From NCBI GenBank assembly GCA_040878325.1, contig JBBDMM010000010.1, positions 124,001 to 188,000 on the forward strand: DNA of 64,000 nucleotides, given 5' to 3'. Shown here in pieces: positions 47,420-58,504 of the stretch (position 1 is its first letter; each line of letters starts with the position of its first letter). Under the pieces are notes generated by a model that saw nothing but the letters and a program-made list of their open reading frames with translations, was not told the origin of the DNA and did no database searches. Both the position numbers and the translations under genes were made by a program. Source of the DNA: Acidimicrobiia bacterium (lineage in GTDB: Bacteria; Actinomycetota; Acidimicrobiia; Spongiisociales; UBA11373).

Positions 47420-48355
47420 TCAGCCCCGCAGAGCGGCGAAGAGCTCTTCGAGCACCTCGTGGTCGAAGGGGCCGAGATGTTGGACGTAGAAGCGGTCCAC
47501 CCCGGCTTCCTCCAGTGCGTGGACCTCCTCGCGTACCTGGTCGGCGGTTCCCATCGGGATGTTGCGCTCCTTCATCAGCTTCTCGAGCGTCTCGGCGTCT
47601 CGTCCCATCGGGTCGGCCTCGGCGATCCGGGCGAGAACCCGTTGGAACCCCGCCTCGTCCATTCCGGCAGCCACCGAGGTCATGACGCTGATCCGCAGCG
47701 CGTCGGGGTCTCGTGCCGCCTTCTCGGCGGCGGCCCGGGCACGCCCGATCCGCAGCTTGATCGCCTCGATCGGTCGATGGCCAAAGTTGTACTCGTCGGC
47801 ATAGGTTCCGGCGAGGCGGGGGGTGCGCTTCTCTCCGCTGCCGCCGACGATCAGGGGAATCGTCCCGGTAGGACGGGGGTGCACCTCGGTGCCGTCGAAC
47901 CGGTAATGCTTGCCCTCGAACGGCCCCGCCTTCCGGCCGAAGGCGTGCCACAGGTAACCGAGGGCCTCCTCCATCATTTCGAAGCGGACTCCGAGGTCGG
48001 GGAAGTCGAGCCCGTAGGTGGCGTGCTCGTCCTCCATCCATCCGGTTCCGACACCCAGCGAGAGCCGCCCGCCGCTCATCTCGTCGATCGTGGTCGCCGC
48101 TTTCGCCAGCACCGCCGGGTGGCGGAATGTGATCGGTGAGACGAGCACGATCAACTCGACCCGGCTCGTCTCGCGGGCGAGCCCTCCGAGAGTGGCGAAT
48201 GCCTCGGTGGCGGGCGCAGCGGTGTTGCGCGGGAACAAGAAGTGGTCGGAGCGGGCGAACCCTTCCAAGCCGGCCTCGTCGGCGAACTTCGCCGCGCCCA
48301 GCAGGTCGGCGTAGCTCATACCGAGATGGGGTTCTGTCATCAACACGAACTGCAT
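47420..48355 (-). CDS. LLM-class (probably F420-dependent) oxidoreductase
   Basis: RSDHF, LVSPITFRHP, IDEMSGGR..LGVGTGW, GGSGEKRT. Confidence 0.88.
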   Translation of the reverse strand: MQFVLMTEPHLGMSYADLLGAAKFADEAGLEGFARSDHFLFPRNTAAPATEAFATLGGLARETSRVELIVLVSPITFRHPAVLAKAATTIDEMSGGRLSLGVGTGWMEDEHATYGLDFPDLGVRFEMMEEALGYLWHAFGRKAGPFEGKHYRFDGTEVHPRPTGTIPLIVGGSGEKRTPRLAGTYADEYNFGHRPIEAIKLRIGRARAAAEKAARDPDALRISVMTSVAAGMDEAGFQRVLARIAEADPMGRDAETLEKLMKERNIPMGTADQVREEVHALEEAGVDRFYVQHLGPFDHEVLEELFAALRG

Positions 48356-48471
48356 TGGCGTTTCCCTTCGGTCGCTCTCCGACACTACCTGCGACCAAAG
48401 CCCCTACCGCCGATACGCCCGGCGGTCCTTACTACCCTTCACCAACCCAACGGACTCGGGAGGTCCGCCCG

Positions 48472-49611
48472 ATGAACTTCGCCGTCAGCGAAGAGCAGGA
48501 GATGCTGCGAGACACCGCCCGGCGGTTCCTCGAAGCCAAGTCGCCGTCAGAGGTCGTTCGCCGTCTGATGGAGACCGAAGAGGGCTTCGACGCCGCCCTG
48601 TGGGCCGAGATCGCATCTCAGGGTTGGCAGGCGATGGCGATTCCCGAGGAGTACGGCGGCGCCGGCTTCACCTTCATGGAACAGGCGATCCTCATGGAAG
48701 AGATGGGCCGAGCATTGTTCCCGTCGCCGTTCCTGTCGACGGTGGTCCTTGGCGCCGACCTCATCCTCACCGCCGGCACGGAGGAGCAGAAGCAGGCGCT
48801 CGTGCCCGGTATCGCCGCCGGGGAACGAACCGTTGCCATCGCCCAGGTCGAAGCCAACGGGTCGTGGGGTGCGGACGGCATAACGATGGTGGCCAAACGG
48901 GACGGTTCCGAGCTCATCCTCGACGGAACCAAGTCCTTCGTGGTCGATGGTCATACTGCCGACACCATCATCGTCGTGGTGCGCACCGACGACACCACCG
49001 GCGGCGAGCAGGGGATCAGCCTCGTAGTCGTCGATGCCGGGGCGGGGGGAATCACCCGGCGGCGCCTCGAGACGATGGACATGACCCGCAAGCAGGCCGA
49101 GATCACGTTCAGCAACGTGCGGGTGCCGGCGAGGGCGGTTCTCGGCACCGAGGGGGCGGGGTGGGGAGCCCTCCAGGACACTCTGAACAGGGCGATCGTG
49201 GCCCTCGCCTTCGAGCAGGTGGGCGGGGCGCAGAAGTGCCTCGAGATGTCGGTGCAGTACGCCAAGGACCGGGTGCAGTTCGGTCGTCCCATCGGATCGT
49301 TTCAGGCGATCAAGCACAAGTGCGCCGACATGCTGGTCGACGTCGAGTCGGCCAAATCGGCCGCGTACTACGCCGGGTGGGCGGTCACTGCCGACGATGC
49401 CGAGGCGAAGATCGTCGGTCCGCTGGCGAAGTCGTATTGCTCGGAGGCGTACTTCCACTGTGCCTCGGAGAACATCCAGATCCACGGCGGGATCGGCTTC
49501 ACCTGGGAGCACGACGCCCATCTCTACTTCAAGCGGGCCAAGACCGACGAGTTGCTGTTTGGAAGCCCCGCCTTCCACCGGTTGGTGCTGGCGGACCGGT
49601 TGGGTATCTAA
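48472..49611 (+). CDS. Acyl-CoA dehydrogenase family protein
   Basis: IPEEYGG, RVQFGRPIGSFQAIKH, QIHGGIGFTWEH. Confidence 0.92.
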   Translation: MNFAVSEEQEMLRDTARRFLEAKSPSEVVRRLMETEEGFDAALWAEIASQGWQAMAIPEEYGGAGFTFMEQAILMEEMGRALFPSPFLSTVVLGADLILTAGTEEQKQALVPGIAAGERTVAIAQVEANGSWGADGITMVAKRDGSELILDGTKSFVVDGHTADTIIVVVRTDDTTGGEQGISLVVVDAGAGGITRRRLETMDMTRKQAEITFSNVRVPARAVLGTEGAGWGALQDTLNRAIVALAFEQVGGAQKCLEMSVQYAKDRVQFGRPIGSFQAIKHKCADMLVDVESAKSAAYYAGWAVTADDAEAKIVGPLAKSYCSEAYFHCASENIQIHGGIGFTWEHDAHLYFKRAKTDELLFGSPAFHRLVLADRLGI

Positions 49612-49641
49612 ACGGGTGAGCGAATAGGTCGCTCACCCGTT
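49611..49641. terminator. Bidirectional hairpin between convergent genes
   Basis: AACGGGTGAGCGA atagg TCGCTCACCCGTT, perfect 13-bp stem. Confidence 0.75.
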
Positions 49642-50263
49642 AGCCATCGAGCAACGACTCGGCGATCTGGGTGATCGCGTCGGCCGGCAACTCGCCGGTT
49701 AGACGGCTGGCCACAGTGCCGTCAGCATTCACGAAGACCCAGTAGGGGAATGCGTTGAGCCCGAACACGTCGCCGACCGAGTAGTCGCTGTCGTCAAGGA
49801 TTACCGGGGCGGTCCAGCCCTCCGAGGCGAGCCACTCGGACGGCGGGAAGTTGGGGCGGCTTTCGGCGGTGCTGGTCGCAACCGAGTAGAGGTCGACCCC
49901 ATCGGGCTTGAGGCCCGCGTCGACCCACGCCTGCACAACAGGGACCTCGGCCTGGCAGTGCGAGCACCAATGCGCCAGGAAGATGATGATCTTCGGTCGG
50001 CCGTCGCTGGTTATCGAGACAGACTGGCCATCGAAGTCGGCGCCCTCGACCGTCGGGGCGGGCATGCCGGCGGCAGGATCCGTGGCTGAGTCGTCGAACC
50101 GCGGCAGGGCGGCGCCGGTGATCGTCGGCTCCCCGAACTCAGCTGCCCCCGACCCTCCCGAGTCGAAGGTCAGCACCACGACGGTGATCAGGACGATGGC
50201 CACCAGCCCGCCGAGGACTGGCAGCCAGGGAAAAGGGCGCGCGGCAATGCTGCGGTTGGTCAT
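49640..50263 (-). CDS. Membrane-anchored TlpA-like thioredoxin
   Basis: AHWCSHCQAE; N-terminal TM. Confidence 0.85.
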   Translation of the reverse strand: MTNRSIAARPFPWLPVLGGLVAIVLITVVVLTFDSGGSGAAEFGEPTITGAALPRFDDSATDPAAGMPAPTVEGADFDGQSVSITSDGRPKIIIFLAHWCSHCQAEVPVVQAWVDAGLKPDGVDLYSVATSTAESRPNFPPSEWLASEGWTAPVILDDSDYSVGDVFGLNAFPYWVFVNADGTVASRLTGELPADAITQIAESLLDG

Positions 50264-50880
50264 GAATCCTCCTCGGAATCGGAAACTTCGTCGATCGACG
50301 ATCGGCGCGCCCGGGCCGAAGGACCATCGAGGGCCAACGCCGTGACGATCGAGGCGAACGCCACCAGCGCCATGAAGGGGATCGACACGAAGTCGAACTT
50401 CCACACGTAGGCCGCGCTGCATGGCGCGAAAAGGTCGCATGTGCCTCGGGCCAGGCTGGGGAAGTGCTGGATCATGTAGTGGTAAGCCGAGATCACCCCA
50501 CCGGCCGCGGCGACGGGTATCGCGTAGATCCGGATGGCGCGGTCTCGGCGAAACGCGGCGATGCCGAGAATGATCGCCAGGGGATACATGGCGATCCGCT
50601 GGTACCAGCAGTATTCACAGGGCGTGAAACCGGCGACCTCGGAGTAGTAGAGGCTCCCCAGAGTGGCGACGACGGCCATGAACCAGGCGAGCCACAGACC
50701 GTACCCCTGTACCGAGTCCGCGAGGCGCTGCAACGCTCGGGATGCGCCGGCGGACACTCGGGCCACCACCCACAGGCCGGCGATGCCGAGGACGAGGAGA
50801 CTGAGTGCAATCGCCCCGACGGCGAGAAACGTGGAAACGGTGTTGACGGACAGGTGGATACCTCGAGAGGTGGGCACCAC
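50260..50880 (-). CDS. Disulfide bond formation protein DsbB/BdbC family
   Basis: GSLYYSE, PCEYCWYQRIAMYP, second Cys pair. Confidence 0.9.
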   Translation of the reverse strand: MVPTSRGIHLSVNTVSTFLAVGAIALSLLVLGIAGLWVVARVSAGASRALQRLADSVQGYGLWLAWFMAVVATLGSLYYSEVAGFTPCEYCWYQRIAMYPLAIILGIAAFRRDRAIRIYAIPVAAAGGVISAYHYMIQHFPSLARGTCDLFAPCSAAYVWKFDFVSIPFMALVAFASIVTALALDGPSARARRSSIDEVSDSEEDS

Positions 50881-51035
50881 CGAGGTTAACGGCTCCCCGC
50901 GTGCTGCCCGTGGGGCCGGTGGCGGTTCCGGCCGGAGCTTTCTGGCACGTTACGCCCCAACTCCTCCCCAAGTCATGGCTGTCCCAATCGCCAATCGCCA
51001 GCTGAGAGAAGCGAGGCCCTGGGTACCATTCCCTC

Positions 51036-51446
51036 ATGGGTGCAGTTGCAGTTGGAGCCCTCCTCGCCGCGGCCCTGGTCGCGATCATCGCCCTCATGGT
51101 GTGGCAGGCCGCCAGACGGAGCGGCGCCGACGACCCGGCGGAGTATCTGGTGCCCGAGGCGGCACGATTCGTATACGAGCGGCTGTCGGACCGGGCAATG
51201 GAGTCGCTCGATCTCGACGACGTGAACCTTCTGCTCGAGTGGCAGGTCCACTTTCACCAGGTGGTCGCGCCGCGCGAGGGCAAGGAGCGCCCGATCGTCG
51301 GTAGCGGCGATTCGATCGAGTACTTGATGGAGCGGTCCGCAGAGTCGGGTCGATCGTTCGATGTCCTCGACATCGCAGAGGTGATCGCGGCCGACACCGA
51401 GTATCTGGTGTCGATCGGAGCGGTGGGTGAGGCGGTGAACCAATGA
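51036..51446 (+). CDS. Hypothetical membrane-anchored protein
   Basis: N-terminal TM, YLVSIGAVG C-terminus; coupled to the next gene. Confidence 0.7.
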   Translation: MGAVAVGALLAAALVAIIALMVWQAARRSGADDPAEYLVPEAARFVYERLSDRAMESLDLDDVNLLLEWQVHFHQVVAPREGKERPIVGSGDSIEYLMERSAESGRSFDVLDIAEVIAADTEYLVSIGAVGEAVNQ

Positions 51447-51720
51447 TCGTTCGGTGTGGGAGGTGCGGGTCGCAGTTCGATGTCCCCGGCGTGGGCCGCC
51501 ATGTGTGCCCGACGTGCGGCACCCCGAACGACGTCCGCGCCACGACCGGAGCCAACGGGTTGCAAACGCCCCCGCCACCACCGCCTGCTCCGGACCGCCC
51601 CTCCCCCCGGGTGATCTGTCCCGGCTGCGGCTACAAGTTCATCGTCGGATCGGTCGAGGTGGCACCCTGCCCCAACTGTGGCGAGGCGGTTACCGTTTCG
51701 TCGGACGAAGGTGAGGAAGA

Positions 51721-51724
<4 letters not shown>
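51443..51724 (+). CDS. Double zinc-ribbon protein
   Basis: Four CxxC motifs with a Pro-rich linker; overlaps both neighbours by 4 bp. Confidence 0.75.
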
Positions 51725-53358
<1,634 letters not shown>

Positions 53359-53361
53359 GGG

Positions 53362-53396
53362 CCAGTCGCGAGTCGCCAGTCTCCAGTCCCCAGTCA
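53362..53396. repeat. Period-7 array (CCAGTCN)
   Basis: ccagtcg cgagtcg ccagtct ccagtcc ccagtca. Confidence 0.75.
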
Positions 53397-53631
53397 TACG
53401 CCTCCGGTCCCGACTTCCTCGCCAATGCGGCTCTCGAGTTGCCGACCGGGAAGACTTCGCGGGACGACCTTCGGAACCGCCTCGCCGTGGCTGTGGTGTC
53501 GACCGCGCTCACTTTCTCTCCGTCGACGGTCCCGTTCCGCCGCCTCGACCCGGCGCCGCCACCGGCGGCGGTGCTGCCGGTGGGCGACCCGACGCCGGGC
53601 ATCGGGTCGTGTCGTGGCTAGGGCGGCTTCG

Positions 53632-54006
53632 ATGGCGCTCGTCGGACTATTGACGATCGCGGTCGCCTGCGGCGACGACGCCGGTGGTGAGCCGATCGAA
53701 GAGCGCATTCCCCGTTCGGTTCCCGACGGGTTCCCCCTACCGGCTGCTGGGGTGATCTCCGACGCGGTGATCGATGCCGAGAACCACCGCACCGAGTTCA
53801 CGGTCACGGTGGAGTCGGATTCGCTATCCCTGATCCAGTTCTTCACGATCGAGTTGGTGAGCCAGGGCTACGTGATCGATGGGGCAGCCCGCGTCGACGA
53901 CTCCACATGGGAGATCGAATTCAGCCAGGGAGACCTTCTCGGAACGATCCTTATCACCGACGGAGACGGCCTCTCCCGGGCCGTCGTGACCATGAATGTG
54001 AGTTGA
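53632..54006 (+). CDS. Hypothetical lipoprotein
   Basis: IAVACGDD lipobox, VPDGFPLP; start uncertain. Confidence 0.65.
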   Translation: MALVGLLTIAVACGDDAGGEPIEERIPRSVPDGFPLPAAGVISDAVIDAENHRTEFTVTVESDSLSLIQFFTIELVSQGYVIDGAARVDDSTWEIEFSQGDLLGTILITDGDGLSRAVVTMNVS

Positions 54007-54008
54007 TC

Positions 54009-54215
54009 ATGGGTCGTCTGCGTGCCTTTCCCGCCCACCGCTTCGTCGGCACTCGCGACGACATGCGGGTCCACGACTGCGACAACGACCTGCAGTTCAC
54101 CCGCCTCTCGGCAAGGGTCGAAGCCGAGGCCCTGCTCGGTTCCAAGCTGCTCGCTTCGTTCGGGCCGGACACGCTCGCTGAGGCTCGCAACCGGGGGTTT
54201 TCCCCCGCGGGCTAG
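54009..54215 (+). CDS. Small hypothetical protein
   Basis: 68 aa; FGPDTLAEARNRGF; starts 2 nt after the previous stop. Confidence 0.6.
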   Translation: MGRLRAFPAHRFVGTRDDMRVHDCDNDLQFTRLSARVEAEALLGSKLLASFGPDTLAEARNRGFSPAG

Positions 54216-54227
54216 GAGGCCTGGACC

Positions 54228-54851
54228 TCATTTGAAGTGCTCTACCAGGGCCTTCCCCACCACCGCTTCTCGAAAGTAGAAGAAGTGGTCGCTGCCCGAA
54301 AGCACTTCCATGCGGGCTCCGATCGAATCGGCATATCCGCGCAGGTCGTCGACCGAGGTGTACTGGTCGCGGTCACCGATGACGAACAGGCGCCTGGCCG
54401 GAGCGAGACCGGAGGGTTCGGGCAGCAGGCCGCCCCTCGCGTCGGGGAACCACACCGGCGGAGCAACACCGGCGTATCGGATGGTGGAGCTTGCCGCCGC
54501 CTGCCATCGCAGGGCGACGACGGCACCGAACGACCAACCGGCCAACCCGACCTCCACCGCCGGGTGCGTCTGGACTGCGAGCGCAACAGCAGCGGCGACG
54601 TCGGCGATCTCGTCGACACCCTCGCCGTGAGCGCCCTCGGACCGTCCGACTCCCCGGAAGTTGAACCGCAGCACCGCGAAGCCGGCGTCGCTCAGGGTTC
54701 CCGCCAGGCTCTTGATGAGGGGGGCGTTCATCGTGCCCCGCTGCCTGGGGTCAGGGTGACACAGCACGACGGCGCAGCGGGGTGCTTGGAGGGGATTCGA
54801 CCAGTCGCCTTCGAGGGTGAGCCCGTCGGCGGTTTCGAACGAGACCGTCAA
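54228..54851 (-). CDS. Alpha/beta hydrolase
   Basis: LRFNFRGVGRSEG, GWSFG, GDRD, DHFF. Confidence 0.88.
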   Translation of the reverse strand: MTVSFETADGLTLEGDWSNPLQAPRCAVVLCHPDPRQRGTMNAPLIKSLAGTLSDAGFAVLRFNFRGVGRSEGAHGEGVDEIADVAAAVALAVQTHPAVEVGLAGWSFGAVVALRWQAAASSTIRYAGVAPPVWFPDARGGLLPEPSGLAPARRLFVIGDRDQYTSVDDLRGYADSIGARMEVLSGSDHFFYFREAVVGKALVEHFK

Positions 54852-54940
54852 AGTGCGCCCATCAAGAACCAGACGAGCGATGCGGCGAGTATCACCATCG
54901 CCGTCACCAGTGCGGCGATGATCAGGTACCGGGTCTGCAC
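54848..54940 (-). CDS. 30-aa single-pass membrane peptide (not in the ORF track)
   Basis: GTG-QTRYLIIAALVTAMVILAASLVWFLMGAL-TGA; stop overlaps the hydrolase start. Confidence 0.55.
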   Translation of the reverse strand: MQTRYLIIAALVTAMVILAASLVWFLMGAL

Positions 54941-55063
54941 CCGGTGAGGGTACGGCAGTCGAGGGGCGATGGAAGTCGACGCCGGTTCACGTCTCCGGGA
55001 GTCCCAGGGCGGGTGACAGTGACCGGGGAACTAACCTCGTAGGGCACCGAGCCCGGAGGATTC

Positions 55064-56434
55064 TTGTACGACGTCGCCATCATCGGGGGTGGGCCAGGGG
55101 GCTACGCAGCCGCCCTATATGCCCACAATTTCGGGCTCTCGGTCGCTCTGGTCGAGAAGGACAAGGTCGGCGGCACTTGTCTCCACCGCGGGTGTATTCC
55201 CGCCAAGTCCTGGCTCAACACGGCCGAGGTGTTCCACCAGGTCGCCCATGCCGCCGACCACGGAGTGATCACTTCGGCTCCCAGCCTGGATTGGGCGAAG
55301 GCCCTGGAGCGGAAGGGCCGGGTGGTGGATCAACTGTTCACCGGGCTGCAGGGACTGCTCAAGAAGCGTGGAGTCGAGGTCATCCAGGGGACGGGCCGCC
55401 TCGCCGGCCGGGGAACGGTCGATGTGACCCTCGCCGATGGCTCATCGAATCGGATCGAGGCGCGCAATGTGATCATCGGAACCGGGTCGGTCCCGCGGTC
55501 GATCCCCGGCTACGACTTCGACGGCGAGCGGATCGTCAGCTCCGATCATGCGCTCGACTGGACCTCGCGGCCCGAGCGGGTCGCCATCATCGGTGCCGGG
55601 GCGATCGGGGCGGAGTTCGCCAGCATGCTCATCGACCTCGGGTCGCAGGTGCATCTATTCGAGGTGGTCGACCAGGTGCTTCCGGGAGCGGAGCCGCGGG
55701 CGGCGCGCCTCTTGCAGAAGTCGTTCACCGACAAGGGAATGCAGGTGCACACCGGGGTGGGGGTGGGGGCACCCCAGATCGTGTCCAGCGGCGTGGTCGT
55801 GCCATTCGGTGACGAGTCGGTCGAGGTGGATGTGGTGCTGGTGGCCGTCGGACGGGCTCCGGTCACCTCGGGTATCGGCCTCGAAGAGGCAGGGATCGTT
55901 CTCGACCGGGGCTTCGTGGTGGCAGATCTGGAGACGATGCTCACCGGAGCCCCCAATGTGTACGCGGTCGGTGACATCGTCGCCGGGACACCACAGCTTG
56001 CTCACGCCGGTTTCGCCGAGGGGATCTCGGCCATCACGCACATCGCCACCGGGACCGCAGCCCCCACCGACTATCGGGCGATCCCGTTGGTCGTCTACAC
56101 CCACCCCGAAGTGGCGTCGGTGGGCCTCACGGAACAGCAGGCGAAGGATGCGGGTTACGACGTCGTGGTGACCGATCATCCGTTCGCCGGTGCCGGCCGG
56201 GCCATCATCAAGGGAGAGACGGGCATGGCCCGGGTGGTCGTCCAACGAGACGGGCCGATTCTGGGGGCCACCGTCGTCGGCTCGATCGCGGGGGAGACGA
56301 TTCACGAGTTGATGTACGCCGTCGGGTGGGAAGCGCTGCCCTCCGAGGCGGCGGCGTTCATCCACGCGCATCCCACGATGGCGGAAGCGGTCGGCGAAAC
56401 GCTGCTCGCCGCTGCCGGTAGGAGCCTGCATTGA
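55064..56434 (+). CDS. lpdA: Dihydrolipoamide dehydrogenase (E3)
   Basis: GGGPGG, GGTCLHRGCIP, HAHPT. Confidence 0.94.
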   Translation: MYDVAIIGGGPGGYAAALYAHNFGLSVALVEKDKVGGTCLHRGCIPAKSWLNTAEVFHQVAHAADHGVITSAPSLDWAKALERKGRVVDQLFTGLQGLLKKRGVEVIQGTGRLAGRGTVDVTLADGSSNRIEARNVIIGTGSVPRSIPGYDFDGERIVSSDHALDWTSRPERVAIIGAGAIGAEFASMLIDLGSQVHLFEVVDQVLPGAEPRAARLLQKSFTDKGMQVHTGVGVGAPQIVSSGVVVPFGDESVEVDVVLVAVGRAPVTSGIGLEEAGIVLDRGFVVADLETMLTGAPNVYAVGDIVAGTPQLAHAGFAEGISAITHIATGTAAPTDYRAIPLVVYTHPEVASVGLTEQQAKDAGYDVVVTDHPFAGAGRAIIKGETGMARVVVQRDGPILGATVVGSIAGETIHELMYAVGWEALPSEAAAFIHAHPTMAEAVGETLLAAAGRSLH

Positions 56435-56501
56435 TCGGGTATGGGAACATTGCTGGCGCCGATGACGACGAGCGGCCCGGGTCGGGCTCGAGGGGACGAC
56501 G

Positions 56502-58496
56502 TTGATCGAAGCAAAGGGCCATGCCGCCGAACTGACCGAAGCCCAGCTCATCTCGATGTACGAGTTGATGCTGACCGGTCGTACTCTCGAGACGCGCCTC
56601 CACACCATGTACCGCGGTGGCCGCCTCGCGGGCGCGGTGTACCCCGGTGTCGGGCAGGAAGCCGCTCAGGTGGGCTTTGCGTTCGCTCTCGAGAAGGACG
56701 ACGTCTTCGGGCCCACCCACCGGGATCTGCTCGGCCAGTTGACGAAGGGCGTCACTCTCGAGGAGACCCTCCTCAACTTCTATGGCAAGGCCGCCGCCCC
56801 GACCAAGGGCCGTGACGGCAACAGCCACTTTGGGGTGGTCGACAAGGGCACCCTCATGGTGGTCTCGCCCCTCCCCGACGCGTACCCGGTGGCGATGGGA
56901 TGCGCCCTGGCGTTCAAGCAAAAGTCGGAACGCCGGGTGGCGCTCGCCAACTGCGGCGAGGGTGCGACCGCAACCGGTACCTGGCACGAGGCCGTGAACA
57001 TGGCCGCGGTGCTCCACCTGCCGATCGTGTTCACGGTGCAGAACAACCAGTACGCCTACTCCACCCCCAATGACCTGGAGTTCAACCTCTCCTATGTCGC
57101 CCACCGAGCCGACGGGTACGGGATCCCAGGAGTGGTGGTCGATGGAAACGACGTGCTCGAGTGCTACGCCGCCGCCAAGGAGGCGGTCGAGCGGGCCCGC
57201 AACGGCGAAGGCCCCACCCTCATCGAGGCGGTGACTTTCCGCCACTTCGGCCACGCCGGGCATGATCCCGCCGAGTATGTGAAGCCCGACGAGCGTGAGG
57301 CCTGGATGGCCAAGGATCCGCTTCCTCGGTTCGAGGAATTCCTCGGCTCGCGGGGGCTGCTCGACGAGACACGCCGCGCCGACATCGTCGGGCGGATCGA
57401 GGACAAAATCCGCAAGACGATCGAGTGGGCGCAGGAGCAAGCCGACCCGTCGCCCGAGTCGGTCTCGATGGACATCTTTGCGGTCCGCACCACCTCTGCT
57501 CCGGCCCCAACCGCGCCCGCCGGTGAGCCGGTGACCCTGCTCGACGCGGTGGCCCAGGCGCTGGACGAGGAGATGGAACGCGACGAGCGGGTCTTCATCC
57601 TGGGCGAGGACGTCGGACCTTTCGGGGGCGCGTTCAAGGTGACGAAGGGTCTCCACGAGAAGTACGGGCCCAATCGGGTGATCGACACGCCGATCGCCGA
57701 ATCGGCCATCGTCGGCGGCGCGGTCGGGGCGGCACTGATGGGCCAGCTGCCGATCGTGGAACTCCAGTACACCGACTTCATCTATCCGGCCTTGGACCAA
57801 ATCACCACCGAGGCCGCCAAGTACCACTGGAAGACCGGCAAGGCGGTCCCGATCGTGATCCGCGGCCCAAGCGGAGCGGGGCTTCGCGCCGGGCCGTTCC
57901 ACTCCATCAGCCCGGAGGGGATGCTCGCCCACCACGCGGGCATCAAAGTGGTGGTCCCCAGCACTCCGACGGCCGCCAAGGGCCTGATGCTGGCGGCGAT
58001 CCGAGATCCGAATCCGGTGATCTTTCTCGAACACAAGAAGCTCTATCGAAGTGTGAAAGAGGCGATCCCGCCGGGCGACTACGAGATCGCGATCGGCAAG
58101 GCACGCGTGGCTCGCGAGGGCGACGACGTGACGATCGTCACCTGGGGAGCAATGCTCCACACATCGCTGGAGGCTGCCGAGCGGCTCGCCGCCGAAGGCA
58201 TCGAGCCTGAGGTCATCGACCTGCAGTCGGTGTCGCCGATCGACTGGGATGCGGTGTTCGCGTCGGTCGCCAAGACCTCGCGCCTCGTCGTGGTGCAGGA
58301 GGACGTGCCATTCGCCAGCATTGCGTCGGAAGTCGCCGCCCGGGTGGCCGCCGACGCATTCTGGGACCTCGACGCGCCAGTGATCCGCGTCACTCCGCCC
58401 CAAGCCCACATACCCTTTGCCGCAGTCCTTGAGGATGCGTTCGTGCCCCAGGCGGACGACGTCTTCGAAGCGGTCCGCAAGCTCGCAGACGTCTAG
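56502..58496 (+). CDS. Fused E1 alpha/beta 2-oxoacid dehydrogenase (probably branched-chain)
   Basis: GEGA...NNQYA TPP motif, then GEDVG, DTPIAES, FLEHK. Confidence 0.9.
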   Translation: MIEAKGHAAELTEAQLISMYELMLTGRTLETRLHTMYRGGRLAGAVYPGVGQEAAQVGFAFALEKDDVFGPTHRDLLGQLTKGVTLEETLLNFYGKAAAPTKGRDGNSHFGVVDKGTLMVVSPLPDAYPVAMGCALAFKQKSERRVALANCGEGATATGTWHEAVNMAAVLHLPIVFTVQNNQYAYSTPNDLEFNLSYVAHRADGYGIPGVVVDGNDVLECYAAAKEAVERARNGEGPTLIEAVTFRHFGHAGHDPAEYVKPDEREAWMAKDPLPRFEEFLGSRGLLDETRRADIVGRIEDKIRKTIEWAQEQADPSPESVSMDIFAVRTTSAPAPTAPAGEPVTLLDAVAQALDEEMERDERVFILGEDVGPFGGAFKVTKGLHEKYGPNRVIDTPIAESAIVGGAVGAALMGQLPIVELQYTDFIYPALDQITTEAAKYHWKTGKAVPIVIRGPSGAGLRAGPFHSISPEGMLAHHAGIKVVVPSTPTAAKGLMLAAIRDPNPVIFLEHKKLYRSVKEAIPPGDYEIAIGKARVAREGDDVTIVTWGAMLHTSLEAAERLAAEGIEPEVIDLQSVSPIDWDAVFASVAKTSRLVVVQEDVPFASIASEVAARVAADAFWDLDAPVIRVTPPQAHIPFAAVLEDAFVPQADDVFEAVRKLADV

Positions 58497-58504
58497 GAGG
58501 ATCC

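Noticed and set aside
53394..53621. Short ORFs in several frames after the mutase
   Set aside because: No frame shows convincing motifs or start signals.
55020..55045. ACCGGGGAAC-TAACCTCGTAGG resembling pieces of the c-di-AMP (ydaO) riboswitch
   Set aside because: The intervening conserved core is missing; TAACCT is better explained as the lpdA -10 element.
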